Source: Octopus sinensis
Lineage: Eukaryota
DNA length: 64,000 nucleotides
NCBI RefSeq assembly: GCF_006345805.1
Contig: NC_042999.1
Span: forward strand, 53,258,001-53,322,000
Direction of reading: 5' to 3'
Numbering within the stretch: the stretch's first letter is position 1; each line of letters opens with the position of its first letter. This document shows, piece after piece, positions 25,211 to 38,810 of this stretch. A program made the translations under genes and the position numbers. The notes below the pieces were generated by a model. The model was not told where the DNA came from and searched no databases. It was given only the letters and a program-made list of their open reading frames with translations.

Positions 25211-27552
25211 ATGAAATAAACAGAGAATATAATATAAAAAAAAACATTTTGAGCTACCGATCAATCATGGCGGCGGGCTGGACAAAGGTGGTTAGACAGG
25301 AGAGCTAGGAGGAAGGGGAGATAATAAAGTATTGTTGATCCCAAGACAAGGTGCGCCTGTGTAGGTATGTTAGCGCGTGTAAGTGTGTGCGTGTGGATAA
25401 GGGCTGTAAATGTGTGCGTGGCGATGCGTGCGAGAATGAGTTAGTATGTGTATGTGATGACGTTATTCAACATATTCAAACATATTTCTATCACTATCAC
25501 ATTATTGCTTTTCTCTCTCGTTCCCTCTTTCTTTCTCCGCCGTCTAGTGCTCTCCCCCTCTCTCTTTCTCTCTATCTATGTCTTTTTTACTTCTTATTAT
25601 ATGTAGCCATTTTCCCACGGTGTCGTCCTCACATCTCCTATCTCCCCTAACACAATATATCAGATATTACAATGTCACAAAGCTTGAAAACTCACTGCTA
25701 TCTTCCAAATAGGACGATTTCTAGGAGTGTTATATTTGTGTCATTAAAGTTGGTGATGTCTGGATGTTTAACGTCTTCAACAACGACGACAACATTCAAC
25801 AATGTGGTACGATGCCAATATAAATTCTTTTTTATTTGATAAAGCTGTTTACTCTCAAATCACTTCCTGTAATAATTTGGGAAGTTAAATGGCAAATTGC
25901 TTTCGTTTAACAGATCGTTCTGCTATTTTGTAAACATCCTCTCATAACGATTGCTAATACTGTAAAGAGAAGTTTAATAATTACTAGCATATAGGTAATT
26001 ACGGGCTAAGTACAGGGATCATAGTTTCGTATTTCAATGAAATCCTTTTATTTAACCCATTAAAACACTTCTCCTTATTTCCACCGGATTTTCTGATACT
26101 GTTCAAAGTTGTCGTTACTTAGCTCTGCAGTATTCCTAATAATAATAAAAATAAACAGCAAAATTATAGATATTATCAAAATGTTTGTGACAGAAGTCTC
26201 CAGGTTTTGAAGCTTTGAGGAAATTGCTTTTCAATTGGTTGTGTTGCCACAGAGTCTCCTTAGAAACTATTCATTTGGTTGTAATTAGATTCTTTGACAG
26301 AAGATGATTTCCAAAATGTTTCTAATGATATTTTCCTTAATGCTAAACTTTTCTGCTATGCTCTTAACATATTAATCATTTTAAACAAATTTTGATGGTT
26401 TATTTTCAACTTCGTAGTTTTGAAAGACTATTCAGATATGTAATTGAATGACTATTCAAATATATAGTTTTGAAAAAAAAAGAAGGAAGAAATATATTTG
26501 ATTTAAGGGGAATTTTGTTAGTTTTAGATATAATATCTGAAATCGCGTTTTATCATTTCCTTATATTGTACTTACTTTTATTCAACGCAGTTTTATTTCT
26601 TTTAATTTACCTGGAAGGAGAGTTACTATCATTTGAATTATCTTGCATCTCAACTTTCAATATCTATTTCACTATTTTACTTTCGCCTTCCAGTAATATC
26701 ATTTCGGTTGTTGTTGTTGTTGTAGTCTATCTTCTCTGCTATCACATTACTTTATTTAACGTCGAGATGTAAGAATAAAAGTTTAAAAAAATAAACTTAC
26801 TTCAATGTTTATTCAAAAAAGTTCTTAATTGTTTGGCAATTGTCTGTTTTTCCTATAATTGATTTTACTGATGATAATAACGTCCTGCACTAACTCATAT
26901 GATAATAGAATAGTCTTCAACTGGCTATGAAGCTTCAACGCGTTTCAGAAAAAAAGAAAACACTCTGTGACTTCATATAAGATGTCACATCTTTTTCAAA
27001 TTCACAACACAGATGTTTGATTCAATCTAATACAACGTTATACAACTGACTATGAAACTTCGATGCTTTTCAGAAAAAGACTCTGTGGCATTCATATGAA
27101 ATATCACATTTTTTGAAATTCACAACACAAATTTCATGTGTTAGTCCCTTTTCAGTTCATGAATGATATGCAATTCTATTTCAAACGTCCTTTTATTTGC
27201 ATTATTCAGTTTAAGGTCTACCATGCTTATTTTTCTTTTCAAGCTGCTTCTTGTTTAGTCTCGTTCAGGTTGGTCGTCAAGTTGTCAGTAGCAGAGAAGA
27301 AGTAAGAAGCTAACATGAGAAGGCCTTTGGGAAGAGTCATCTTCTTGTAAAAATCACTTTAACAATTTCATATTTCATTTGGGTCGGTGAAAACTCTTGC
27401 TCTTTATTCGTCACATGTCTTATGCAGCTGGTGTTGCCTCGAATTTTAGCAAATACATTTGGAATGCCCGATTAGGGAAATTGTCCAAATATTTCTGGAA
27501 ATTCCGTTGTGCCAATGTCAGATCATACCACTGCTTCATATTTGCTTTACAT

Positions 27553-27946
27553 AGCGCAGGAGTGGCTGTGTGGTAAGTAGATGGCTAACCAACCACATGG
27601 TTCCGGGTTCAGTCCCACTGCGTGGCACCTTCGGCAAGTGTCTTCTGCTATATCCCCGGGCCGACCAATGCATTGTGAGTGGATTTGGTAGACGGAAACT
27701 GAAAGAAGCCTGTCGTATATATGTATGTGTGTGTTTGTGTGTCTGTGTTTGTTCCCCTAGCATTGCTTGACAACGGATGCTGCTGTGTTTACGTCCCTGT
27801 CACTTAGCGGTTCGACAAAAGAGACCGATAGAATAAGTACTGGGCTTACAAAGAATAAGTCCCGGGGTCGATTTTCTCGACTAAAGGCGGTGCTCCAGCA
27901 TGGCCGCAGTCAAATGACTGAAACAAGTAAAAGAGTAAAAAGAGAG
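27553..27946 (+). mobile_element. SINE family B, full length
   Basis: Complete head to tail match with other copies. Confidence 0.9.
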
Positions 27947-28919
27947 TATAACAGGTACCTTACACGCACGAACGCAAACGCATGCATACAGAGGGGAATT
28001 GATCATATATTCACGGGATATTAATCTATACATATAGATAGGTAGGAAAATAGACACACAGACAGATAGATATCCATACATATATTATTGTGTATTGGGA
28101 CCTTATTTTAACTATAGTCTTCCAAATATTTATGGAGAATACCTCGCACACTCGCGCGCGCGCGCGCGCGTGTGTGTATATGTGTGCATGTATATGTGAA
28201 ATTGTGTTTATGCGATGGGTTTGTTCATTTCAACAGTCTTATATCCACATATATGTTGATATATATGTCCATGCATGCCTTCAGTTATTATTAAAACAAG
28301 GTCTCCTTCCAGGGCATAATAGTCTTGCTACGAATTATTTAGCTGTATTAATAAAATTTATGAGTCTTGTTTTACGAGAATTAACATTGATTTCGCCACA
28401 GTGAATCTCGAAGTTCTGTATCTAGATAATGCAGTAGAATACCAAATATTTCGAAACCAATTTTTCGATACTCGTTAGATATGGCAGAGAAATCTTTAGC
28501 AATTAGCGTTTTCTTGTATTTGTTATATGTGTGTATTCTGTATTAGGTCGGTTAGTTCTTGGAATACACGCTACACCTCAAGTCAATTTCTGTTATACAG
28601 TGGTCTCTTCGAACACCTATAAATATATATATTTACTTATAATAAACTTTTTAATACTTTTTGATAGTTATATATAATTTTAAAAAATTGTAAATATAAA
28701 TAAAATTAATAATTTTAAATCTTATATTTTATATATTTTGTAAATTATATCAAATATTTTTATTTTATGTTTTGGTTTATGTTTTTCACTGTTTGATTTG
28801 CCTAATAGTGGTTTTACCTCTAATTTAATTTATATATATATATATAGTTAATCCAAACATGAAAACAAAGAGAAAACACAACAACGCGAGGATGTGGAAC
28901 AAATATAGTAAAATATAGT

Positions 28920-28964
<45 letters not shown>

Positions 28965-29159
28965 CAATTGAATATAGACAGTCGTGTGCAATATTTTACA
29001 GAAAAGGAAAACTATAATAGTCATTACATATGACTTGGGTGTTAGAACACATACATTGCTAGACATCAAAGCTAAAGAATTTCTGATGCTGTAGTCAAAC
29101 CACATTATTGTAAACATATGTACAGACATGGAGCGTAATCGCCGGAAAGCACTGGTCGA

Positions 29160-29425
29160 AAATTCCCCATAATGATTTGTCAGCTACGGCTAATTCCGTA
29201 GCCTTTTCGGTAAGGACCGCTCGATTCAGTTGATTCCGGACTTGCTTCTCCGTTAGTACATACGTATTCGCAATAAAAAATATATGGCTGATTTAGCAAA
29301 TCGCTAATATATGTACACTAATATACATATGTACTAACGGAGAAACAAGTCCGGAATCAGCCGAGTCGAGCAGTCCCTAACGATGAGGCTACGGATTAAA
29401 CCGAAGCGGACCGATCATTATAGAG
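29160..29425. repeat. Palindrome (about 90-bp arms) with degenerate hammerhead-like cores
   Basis: gattccggacttgcttctccgttagtacata / tatgtactaacggagaaacaagtccggaatc. Confidence 0.85.
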
Positions 29426-29714
29426 AATTCACGTTCTGAAGTTTCGGGCGATCACAGATATTGTCAATACATATAAATATAATTACGTGCTTTAGCTATA
29501 GCATTAGACTGTTTTAACTCTTATTCCTAAAAATGTAGGTGTTTCAGTTGCCTAGTGATATATTTATATATAAAGTAAATAAATGGTACAACAAGGCACC
29601 GATATTTACTGGAAAATAGCAATCGTAATAGATACGACTCTATTGTATAGCTTCACTGCGTAAATACTAGCAAAGACGCGTGTGTGCAACAAACATGAAC
29701 AAAATTTGTCTTAC

Positions 29715-29729
29715 CTCTAGGAAGAACAT
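29715..29729 (-). other. Candidate 15-nt microexon
   Basis: ggttttccatttatcag|ATGTTCTTCCTAGAG|gtaagac; frame-preserving (MFFLE in phase 0, xVLPRx in phase 1). Confidence 0.4.
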
Positions 29730-30080
29730 CTGATAAATGGAAAACCTAGAATCGGATAATGCAGGACCGGTTTCTGACTCTTCAAATACGTTTGACAACG
29801 TAAATTTGATTAGTCTTCATCAGCTGCATTTACCTAGACAAAATTTCAAATGTTGCCACATCTATGCCAGTACACTCGTCTGAACGCCAAAACGTTAACA
29901 GAACAAGAACAGTGAAGAAGTTTCAATGAAAATAATAATGTAATACGAATGTATTACTTTCCAGTAAAAGGTAGCCGGTAAGGGTAAAATTATACATATA
30001 AGGTAGATAAATGGTACAACAAGGCACCGATATTCACTGGAAAATAGCAATCGTAATAAATACGACGCTATATATATAAT

Positions 30081-30522
30081 GTCGACTTACTACCACAATT
30101 GGTTCCGACTAACTGGTCATAAGTCGATTTGGTCGTAAGTTGGCCTATAAGCCTACATAGATTTGTTTTATATTTTCAAATTCTTAAAGTACATTGTCAG
30201 GTAAGTCACACATCATTCTGAATTATACTATTATACTGGCGTTAGTAAAAAATGTCGGAGTTACAAGCAGTCGTCTTATGAACATGTACGAGGCTGCCTC
30301 GATTGTTCCGCGACAGGATATTAGCCAAGTACTTCTGATAACCACAGTGGCACTTGATAACCAAACCTAGTGGACATCATCCGTAGAATGGTTAATTTCT
30401 AAAACATTAAACTCATACCATTTCAACTTGACTATTTATTATTTCCGCCGGTAGCTAGCGCGCCAATCGCCGTAAAGTCGAACGATTGTAAATCGGATAG
30501 GTCGTAAGTCGACGACGACTCG
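30081..30522. mobile_element. Tigger/pogo-like MITE
   Basis: Terminal inverted motif gtcgacttac(t/g)acc / ggtcgtaagtcgac; left end eroded by (TA)n. Confidence 0.55.
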
Positions 30523-30713
30523 TTTATATATGTATGTATATATATATGCATGTATGTTTACACATGTATATCTTTTAGTTTTTCTCTTTTACCTGTTTCA
30601 GTCATTAGACAACGGCCATGATGGGACATTGTCTTAAATAATTTTTTCGAATGAAGTAGCCCCGGTATTTACTTTTTTAAAGCGTGGTCCCTGTTGGCAA
30701 ATCGCTACGTTAC

Positions 30714-30760
<47 letters not shown>

Positions 30761-31119
30761 CATACATGCACACACATATATCAATAGTAATGATGATAAG
30801 CATTTGATGAAATTCCTAAATATTTTATCGCATCGATACGCGGGTTCCGCGAATCACATTTCAGAAAAGCGCGTAGCGATGCATTAAAATAATTATAACT
30901 TCTATCTAGAGATAATTATTGTTATTACTGTGTGTCTCCTGTATTGTATATCGGCACAACTCGGTGCGGCCCCAAAAAGCCGCTATCGCCAATTGGCATC
31001 ATTCGGCTGTAGCCTACACTTTTATGAAAAGGCGGTGTTATCTGATTATTCAAAATGTCAGCCGTAAACAAAATTAAAAGATAGATGTGTGTATATATAT
31101 ATATATGTATATAATATGG

Positions 31120-31250
31120 GATTCTTTCAGTTTCTTTTTACCAAATCCACTCAAAAGTCTTTATTTATAGAAGACACTTGCCCAAGCTGCTGTACAATGA
31201 AACTGAACCCGGAACCAAGTGGTTTGGACGGAAGATTCTTACCACATATG
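31120..31250 (-). mobile_element. SINE family B, 5' half
   Basis: ccaaatccactc...gaagacacttgcccaag...gaacccggaacc. Confidence 0.75.
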
Positions 31251-31269
31251 CACACATACGTACGGATTG

Positions 31270-31346
31270 ATAGATAGATAAATAGACAGATAGGCAGGCA
31301 GGTAGATAGATAGATAGATAGATATAGATAGATAGATAGATAGATA
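31270..31346. repeat. (GATA)n microsatellite
   Basis: Direct reading. Confidence 0.9.
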
Positions 31347-31739
31347 TGCAAACTTGTTTGGGTTTAGATGCAATGAGAATGTTTACAGAGTGAAACTTTT
31401 TGCATTGTGTCTGCACGACCAGCTGCATAAACGAGTCTCTCATGCCGATATTATTGTTCGTATGTATTTCCTGTGTGTCTATGATTGCCAGGTGTCTGAT
31501 TCTCTCGTTATTTACTTTTTATCGATGTGTTTTATCGCTATATGTGTTTGTCGTTAGGACATAGAAAGATCTATCGATTTCGTTTCTTTAACTATTTCCA
31601 ACTTAAGATTATTTGCAGATATAGAACTTTTTACTTATTGATTTTTCTCATATTCACTTATCTCTAAATATCATGGAGTTTATTGAAACACCAACGCCAA
31701 GAATGACGAGCAACAACAAAAACGACAAGAACAAGAACA

Positions 31740-31948
31740 ATAACAAGAGTTCTTTCCATAATAAGCAAAATACCTGAGATCTGGGGGAGGGCATAGTCGA
31801 CTACATTGACCTCAGTGTTTAACTGGTATTTTATCAATCTGCAAAGGATCAAAGACAAAGGCGACCTCGACAGAATATGAACTTAGAAAAGACGAAGTGC
31901 CGCTAAGCATTTCACCCAGCGTGCTAACGATTCTGTGAGCTCACTGTC
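31740..31948 (-). mobile_element. SINE family C, diverged
   Basis: tagtcgactacattgacctcagtg...gccgctaagcatttcacccagcgtgctaacgattctg. Confidence 0.75.
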
Positions 31949-32029
31949 ATAATAATAATAATAATAATATGATAATAATAATAATAATAATAATTATAAT
32001 AATAATGTAATAATAATAATAAGAATAAC

Positions 32030-32590
32030 GCTTGAAAATGTTCACTTCTCACTCCTCTGGAACTTCAACATTCAAACAGACAAAAAGATGGATCCGAAAA
32101 GGCCCGATATTATATTGAAAAAACGTGAGATAAAATTCATGCCTCGTCATTTATATGACCGTCCCAATCAATATAAATTTATCGGTCAAGACCTACAAGA
32201 AACTGAGCAAGTATAAAGATCTTGGAATGGAAATTGGTAAAATGTGGAACGTCAAGACTAAAACAATGCCCTAGGAATGATAGCAAAAGGAGCTGATTCC
32301 TACCTAGCTCAGATACCAGGAAACCCCAAAATGGCAGAAATTCAAAAGATAGTGCTGATGGGAACGGCAAATATCCTACGTAAAATATGTTCTCTCAAAT
32401 TTTAAAACAAATTTATAATTTCCTAATGTTTTCTTAAACATTCTCTAGAGCTATACTATCTGCGAAACCAAATATATGACACCCTAAGCATAACACCAGC
32501 ATGAACTTTTAATTAGTTGTCTCTTGAGGTCTCTGGGTGAGACTTGGATTCAACTTGTACAAATACAAAGTAAAAGTCAAACATATAATA
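32030..32590 (+). mobile_element. R4/Dong LINE 3' end with UTR
   Basis: WNFNIQTDKKMDPKRPDIIL...EIQKIVLMGTANILRK; preceded by (AAT)n. Confidence 0.8.
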
Positions 32591-33005
32591 ATAATAAGGT
32601 CAGTTGTTTGACCTTAACCAGTTGAGCATGTCCCTTAGTGGCTCACGATATATGCGTCTCTGATCATAAGCACAAGTATTGGGGGATCATCATAGCCATG
32701 TGTTGAAAGGAATTCTTAGAGGTTTGGATAATTCACCTTTGGAAACATGGGTGGTCCGTTGAACATCCTTAAACAATCCTTATTCAGAGACCTTTTCAGC
32801 GGGATGGCTACTCGACCAGAAGAAAATTCTAACTGGGCCACACCTACAAGATCATGCGCTGTTTATCTTGATATGAGATCACCATGTCGCGCACATATGG
32901 TTGTGATGCATGTGCCTGGTGTACCCTTATCAGCCGGGTAGTCGTGATGAGTATACTGGTCTTCGTATATTTTACCCCAGTATCATTTTGATGGCATGCA
33001 CTGCT
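32590..33005. repeat. Unclassified interspersed repeat (family E), second copy at 35285-35595
   Basis: cagttgtttgaccttaaccagttgagcatgtcccttagtggc...gaagaaaattctaactgggcc present in both copies. Confidence 0.7.
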
Positions 33006-33014
33006 CTCTCACTC

Positions 33015-33045
<31 letters not shown>

Positions 33046-33077
33046 TTAATATTAATAATAATAATAATAATAATAAT

Positions 33078-35235
33078 AAATGCCCTGATGCAGTACGAGG
33101 CTGTAGCATTCCTAACTTCTATTTGGATGCATTTCCAGAGTATCATGAACTGCTGACAAGACCTTACAACAATGTTTAGCAACAACCTAATACGATTCCC
33201 TCTCGGCAAGTGTCATATTTCTACTTCCAAAAAATGAAGAAACAAATGGCCCAAAATATTATAGACCCATAACCTACTTAACAACAATGTATTAAATACT
33301 AACATCTATCTTGACTGAATAGACGTATTACATTTTAATAGAAAGTCGCATCTTCCCTAATGAGCAAAAATGATGTAAACATGCAACTCAAGAACTTACC
33401 AATAGCCTGAATAGACTATAAAAATCTTACGATAGTCTCTACACAGCTGGATTAGAAAATGTATGGAAATTTATAAAATAGGACCTACTCTGCGAAACTT
33501 TTTATCTGTAAGTATGAGATCATGGTAAACTACACCGAATCTCTCAATACTGGGGATGTAAGAATTTCATGTCGCATTTTCCAGGGTGATTCTCTATCAC
33601 CACTCCTTTTTTGTCTAACCTTTATATCACTTTCGACATTGTTTGATACAATATGGCAATAACATTTTTTGAAAAAATATTTATCATGTCTTTTACATGG
33701 ATGATGAAAAGCTGTTTGCAAAAAGTGACCGACAACTACAAGGTTTACTGGCAACTGTAAAACAGTTCAGTGATGACATCAGGATGAAATTTGGCCTAGA
33801 TAAATGTACAGAAGCTTCGTTTATCATAGGAAAATGATAGTAACATCCACCGTTAACCCTAAACAACAAACCGCTATAGACGGGATATTTGAACGTGATA
33901 GAATCAAACATTCAGTGATGAGGGAAACGATTAGAAACGAATGTCATGGCAGGGTTAGGGCAATACTCAAGACAGAGCTGAACGCAAGAGACAAGATCGA
34001 AGCGATCACTATTTCAGCCAAGCCTGTCATGACTTACAGTTTCAATATTATAAACTTCTCAATTACTGAAATCAGTAAACTTGACGGAAAAATACGAATA
34101 TTGTTGACAATGCATAGAATGCATCCCCTTAGGGAGATATTAAACGACTTTACCTTCCAAGAAAGAGAGGGGCGCTGTGGACATTTTCTAGTGGAATTGG
34201 CAATGAAGATCGTCACAATTATTGGGTTAAACACTTTCCTGAAAAACGATGACTAGATGTTAAAACTTGTCTTAAAGCATGAAAACAAGAAAACAACATA
34301 CTCAGTAACAAAATTGGCAAAGAACTAAGTGAATTCCAAAGATAGCAAATCCTTATCCTTCACTGGTTATTGTCTTCTGGCTTAAAATCAGAAACAGAAG
34401 TGTTTATTATAGCAGCCCAAGATCAATGCCTACCTATAAAAAGCAACCAGGCTAACATCTCAAAGAAAGGCAGTAGCCCAACATCTCACGTATGCAAACA
34501 ACAAAATGAAACCATCGATCAAGTCTTCATGTGCAGCCTTCTTGCCCCTACATAATATCTCCACATGCACGATAGAACAACACAGTATATTCACCGGGTA
34601 ATTTTCAAAGACTTACACCTGCCACATGATAAAAACTGGTGGGAATACAATCCCCCTCTAGTGCTTAAAACTGATCATATCTCCCTCCTTTGGTACTTTA
34701 CTAATCAAACTGACAGAAAGATAGATGCAAATTGACTCGATATTATATTGAAGGTTTACAGAAGAAAAAAATCATACCTCCACATCGATATGACTGTCCC
34801 GATCGACCTTATTGTATCTGTCAAGACCTATCAAAATCGGAGCTAATATAATGATCTCAGATACCAGGAAATCCAGAATCAGAAGAAATTCAAAACATAG
34901 TGCTCATGGGAAGTGCTCATATCCTAAGAAAAATATTTTTATGTAATCTCAAAAATATTTTAATCTGTAAACAGTATCAAAATACTTTTAAGTGTACATA
35001 ATAGCAAACACCTTTTACTGTTATCTTAACATAATACTATTGTTTTAATCAAATTACTTTTAGAACAGACTTCTTATCTTCTTATGTTTTCACAGACATT
35101 CTCTAGAACAATAATTTGTGCAAGCCAAAAATATGGCACCCTAGTCATAACATCAACTTCAACTTCTAAATTGTCTCTTCAGTTCTTTGGGTGAGACTTG
35201 GAATCAATTTATACAATTACAAAGCGAAAGCCAAT
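33078..35235 (+). mobile_element. R4/Dong LINE, RT to endonuclease and UTR, many stops and frameshifts
   Basis: IFQGDSLSPLLFCL, DDIRMKFGLDKC, VRAILKTELNARDKIEAI, GLKSETEVFIIAAQDQCL, LMGSAHILRK. Confidence 0.9.
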
Positions 35236-35764
35236 GTACATTGTTTTGTCTTGCCACAAAAGATGAGCTAAAGCAAATATTCTGTTCAATACCACAGGTC
35301 TGCTTCTCAGTTGTTTGACCTTAACAAGTTGAGCATGTCCCTTAGTGGCTGCCAATATGTGCATCTCTGATTATAAGCAGATTTTGTAGGGGAGATGCAT
35401 AGCCATGTGCTGAGAATTATTATTTTGGGCTTGATTTATTCACCACTTGAAACATAAGTATTTCTCTCAAAGGCCTCTCAAACAACTCTTATTCAAGGAT
35501 CTTTTGAACAAAATGTGCTACTCAACCTGAAGAAAATTCTAACTGGGTCCCATCTGCAACGTCATGTGCTGTTTATCTTGATATGTGAGCATTTGTCCTT
35601 TCGTCCATTCCGAGTCGATGAAATAACAAACGAGTCATAACCTTGGATCAATGTACTCGACTCGTACATCTTGCTAAAATTGCTGGCTTTGTACAAAAAA
35701 TTAAGATAGCACTCTTAGTGCTTGTGAAGAATACAGAATACAGAAAGAATACAAGTGCAGACAC

Positions 35765-36250
35765 GACAGGGTAGCGTAGAACCTTCACTGCTACTGTGCT
35801 GGAAGTATGGATAGGAGATTACAGGTGCTTGTATCAACATACAAGGGAAAATGTAATGGACGAAAAGGGATAGAGAAAAATCCTCTGGGTCCTTGACTTC
35901 CAGACAGACAAGGTGTTAGATCACCGAAGGCCGGACATAGTAACCTCGGGGAGGGTCAAACAAGAGTGCTTAATATTCGATGTGGCAGTGCCAGAGGATC
36001 AGCATATCCCCATGAAGGAAGAGAAAATATCGATAAATATGTTAGACCTGAGAATTGAGGTCGCCAACATGTAGCAGTTGCGAGAGTCAAATAAAAAGTT
36101 TGTCCTTAATGTCACCGGAGGATTGGATTCAGTATCACCTAAGCTGAAGCAACATCTGAAAACTTTGGAAATATCCTACAATCTAGATGTTTTGCAAAAA
36201 ATCGGCAATTCTTGGAATAGCACGCATATTGCGTAAAGTAATGCCTGTCT
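35765..36250 (+). mobile_element. R4/Dong LINE endonuclease fragment
   Basis: DFQTDKVLDHRRPDIV...CLIFDVAVPED. Confidence 0.8.
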
Positions 36251-36345
36251 GAGTTCCTTGATGTTACTTGACAGACAGTTCAAACCCCCAGTAGGCACAA
36301 TATCTTCAATCAAAAACATCACGATATTGGATACGGTGCGATATC

Positions 36346-36700
36346 TTAAATAATAATAATATCAATAATAATAATAGTAATAATAATATCAATAATAATA
36401 ATGATAATAATAATATCAGTAATAATAATAATAATAATATCAATAATAATAATGATATCAATAATAATATCAATAATAATGATAATATCAATAATAATAA
36501 TATCAATAATAATATCAATAATATCAAGAATAATAATAATAATATCAATAATAATAATGATAATAACATCAATAATAAAAATGATAACATCAATAAAAAT
36601 AACAACAACATCAATAATAAAAATGACAACAACATCAATAAAAATAATAACAACAACATCAATAATAATAACAATAATAATAATAATGATAATAAAATCA
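36346..36700. repeat. (AAT)n/(ATC)/(AAC) compound microsatellite
   Basis: Direct reading; explains ORFs 36306..36791 and 36401..36706. Confidence 0.95.
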
Positions 36701-37035
36701 CACTAGATAAAGCAAATGGAATAAGAGAATTAGACCAAAGCCAGACATACAAATATTTAGGAATCAATGAACTACATACGATACAACACAAATAAAAGAG
36801 AAAATAAAAAATGAATACTATAGAGGAGTTAGATTAGTACTGAAAACAGAGCTCAATGCGAAAATCAAGATAATAGGTATCAACACTCTAGCCGTCCCAG
36901 TTATGAGTTACAGTTACAATATCCTTAACTGGACACCAAAAAAAAAAACCTAATCAAAATAGACAAGAAAACAAGAAAAATAATGACTGAGTTAGGATGC
37001 ACCAACCAAATCTGACATAGAAAGATTATATATAC
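36700..37035 (+). mobile_element. R4/Dong LINE RT-thumb fragment
   Basis: TYKYLGI, VRLVLKTELNAKIKIIGINTLAVPVMSYSY. Confidence 0.8.
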
Positions 37036-37870
37036 AACATATGCCCAATAGGACAGTTACTAATTTTGCTTCCTTGGCACGGCCAGAATAATCAGAAAAG
37101 AACGAATAACAATGCAGGTAGCAAAGCCGCTACGCATGCAAGTCTGTAGGAGTTACAATAACAGTTTTGTCCATCAGGAGTTGATCCTTGGTACTTCTGC
37201 ACCTACGCTTGCAACCCTTCTATTCATGTGACAGGTCTCCACTTTTTTTCTAGAAGTTCGTACATTGACTCTGCGACTATTCCAGTCAAATAACTTCCAC
37301 TTAAGTGGCAAACAGGATATCGGCATGTAATTGTCTACCGTATTGCCTATTTCGAAGTTTTTCAGGCACATCACTGTCTTACCCAGTGTCAACCACTCTG
37401 GTGTTCCTTGGTCGGCATTTAACAAGGTGTTGAGTTGCACCGCTATTCTTGCACGGCATTCACCAAATCTTTTGATCCAGTAGCCTTGAACTCCATCTGG
37501 TCCCGGGGCCTTCCACTTTCTCATTTTTTTTTTGCTGTTTTCCTTCACTTTCCCAACTGAAATGACTAGTTCTGCCTGTTTTGGACAGTCTACTGTTTGT
37601 TTCAGCTCTTGGAATCATTCAGCATCCTTCTTGTGCGCCTTGTCTTTGCTCCAGATATCACTAAAAAAACATTTGACTTTCAATGTTATCTGATATTAAC
37701 TTTTCATCTGTACACTCCCCATTTATTTCTTTATAGAATCTCTTCTGATCTACTCTGAATAACATATTCTGGTGGTAACTCTTCATTTTTGGGTCGTATC
37801 TTATCATCTTTGCTTTCTTTGCAACGAGGTGCTGTTTCAGTTCCTCCACTACTACTTTCGGCCCTTTCTT
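37036..37870 (-). mobile_element. R4/Dong LINE, pre-RT and early RT region
   Basis: ORF 37174..37548 KWKAPGPDGVQGYWIK...NYMPISCLPLKWKLF; ORF 37661..37849 NMLFRVDQKRFYKEIN. Confidence 0.9.
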
Positions 37871-37924
37871 TCAATATTATACTTCCTTTTCAGCGCCCTG
37901 CTTTCTTGTTCGCTTTTAAGTTCC

Positions 37925-38810
37925 CAAGTAAGAAGGTCAGGCTTGTGTAGGATGAAAGATTGCAAAGATAAAGTACTATACAAGAAATTGAAAACGCATG
38001 AAACTGAAAATAGGTGGGTAAAGAAATGAATGCATGGTCAATTTCATAGGGATGTTGAAGATAAGACAGACAGAGAAAAAAGATGGCTGTGGATGACTAA
38101 AAGGGATTTAAAACCGGAAACGGAGGCTCTAATCTGTGCTGCCCAAGAGTAAGCACTAAGAACAAACTACATAAAATGCAGAATAAACAATACTGCAGAA
38201 AGGGATAAGTGCAGAATCTGTGGAGAAAACGGTGAAACCGTATGGCATATTACCAGCCAATGCACGCCACTAGCCCAGAAGGAATATAAGAGATGCTATG
38301 ACAATATAGCCAGGCTTGTCTATTGGACAGTTTGCAACAAGTATGGGCTTGACAGAGCAAAAAATGGGTACGACCACAAACCTGAAGGCATCGTTGAATA
38401 TGGAAATGCAAAAATCCTATGTGATCTTATGAGTCAGTGCGACCATGGGATAGAGAATAGGAAACCGGACATAGTCTTAATTGAGAAAGAAAACAAACTA
38501 TGCTGGATCACAGATATAGCATTCCCAGCTGGCAACAAAGAATGCGATAAGGAAGAAAGAAAAGTCGATACATATGACAGGTAAGCTTGGGAAGTTAGGC
38601 AGTTATGGCCGATGAAAAAGGTAGCAGTAGTCACAATAATTGTCGGAGCCCTGAAGACAGTGAGCAAAAATCTCGAGAAGTACGTGGAACAAATAGGGGC
38701 TACAATAAGGTTGGAGCACTTGCAAAAAACAGCACTGTTTGGAACCGCTCGAATACTCTGGAAGCTGCTCGAAAAATAAGAGGTGTTATTTTAGTTCACT
38801 GGTAGTGAAC
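37925..38810 (+). mobile_element. R4/Dong LINE C-terminal half (CCHC finger and endonuclease)
   Basis: MHGQFHR, LKPETEALICAAQE, KCRICGENGETVWHITSQC, RKPDIVLIEKENKLCWITDIAFP, LQKTALFGTARIL. Confidence 0.9.

Noticed and set aside
25650-27530. Possible hAT-like transposase remnant (minus)
   Set aside because: No clear motif or TIR could be established by eye.
36306-36791. Poly-Leu/Ile 'membrane protein' ORFs
   Set aside because: Trinucleotide microsatellite translations.
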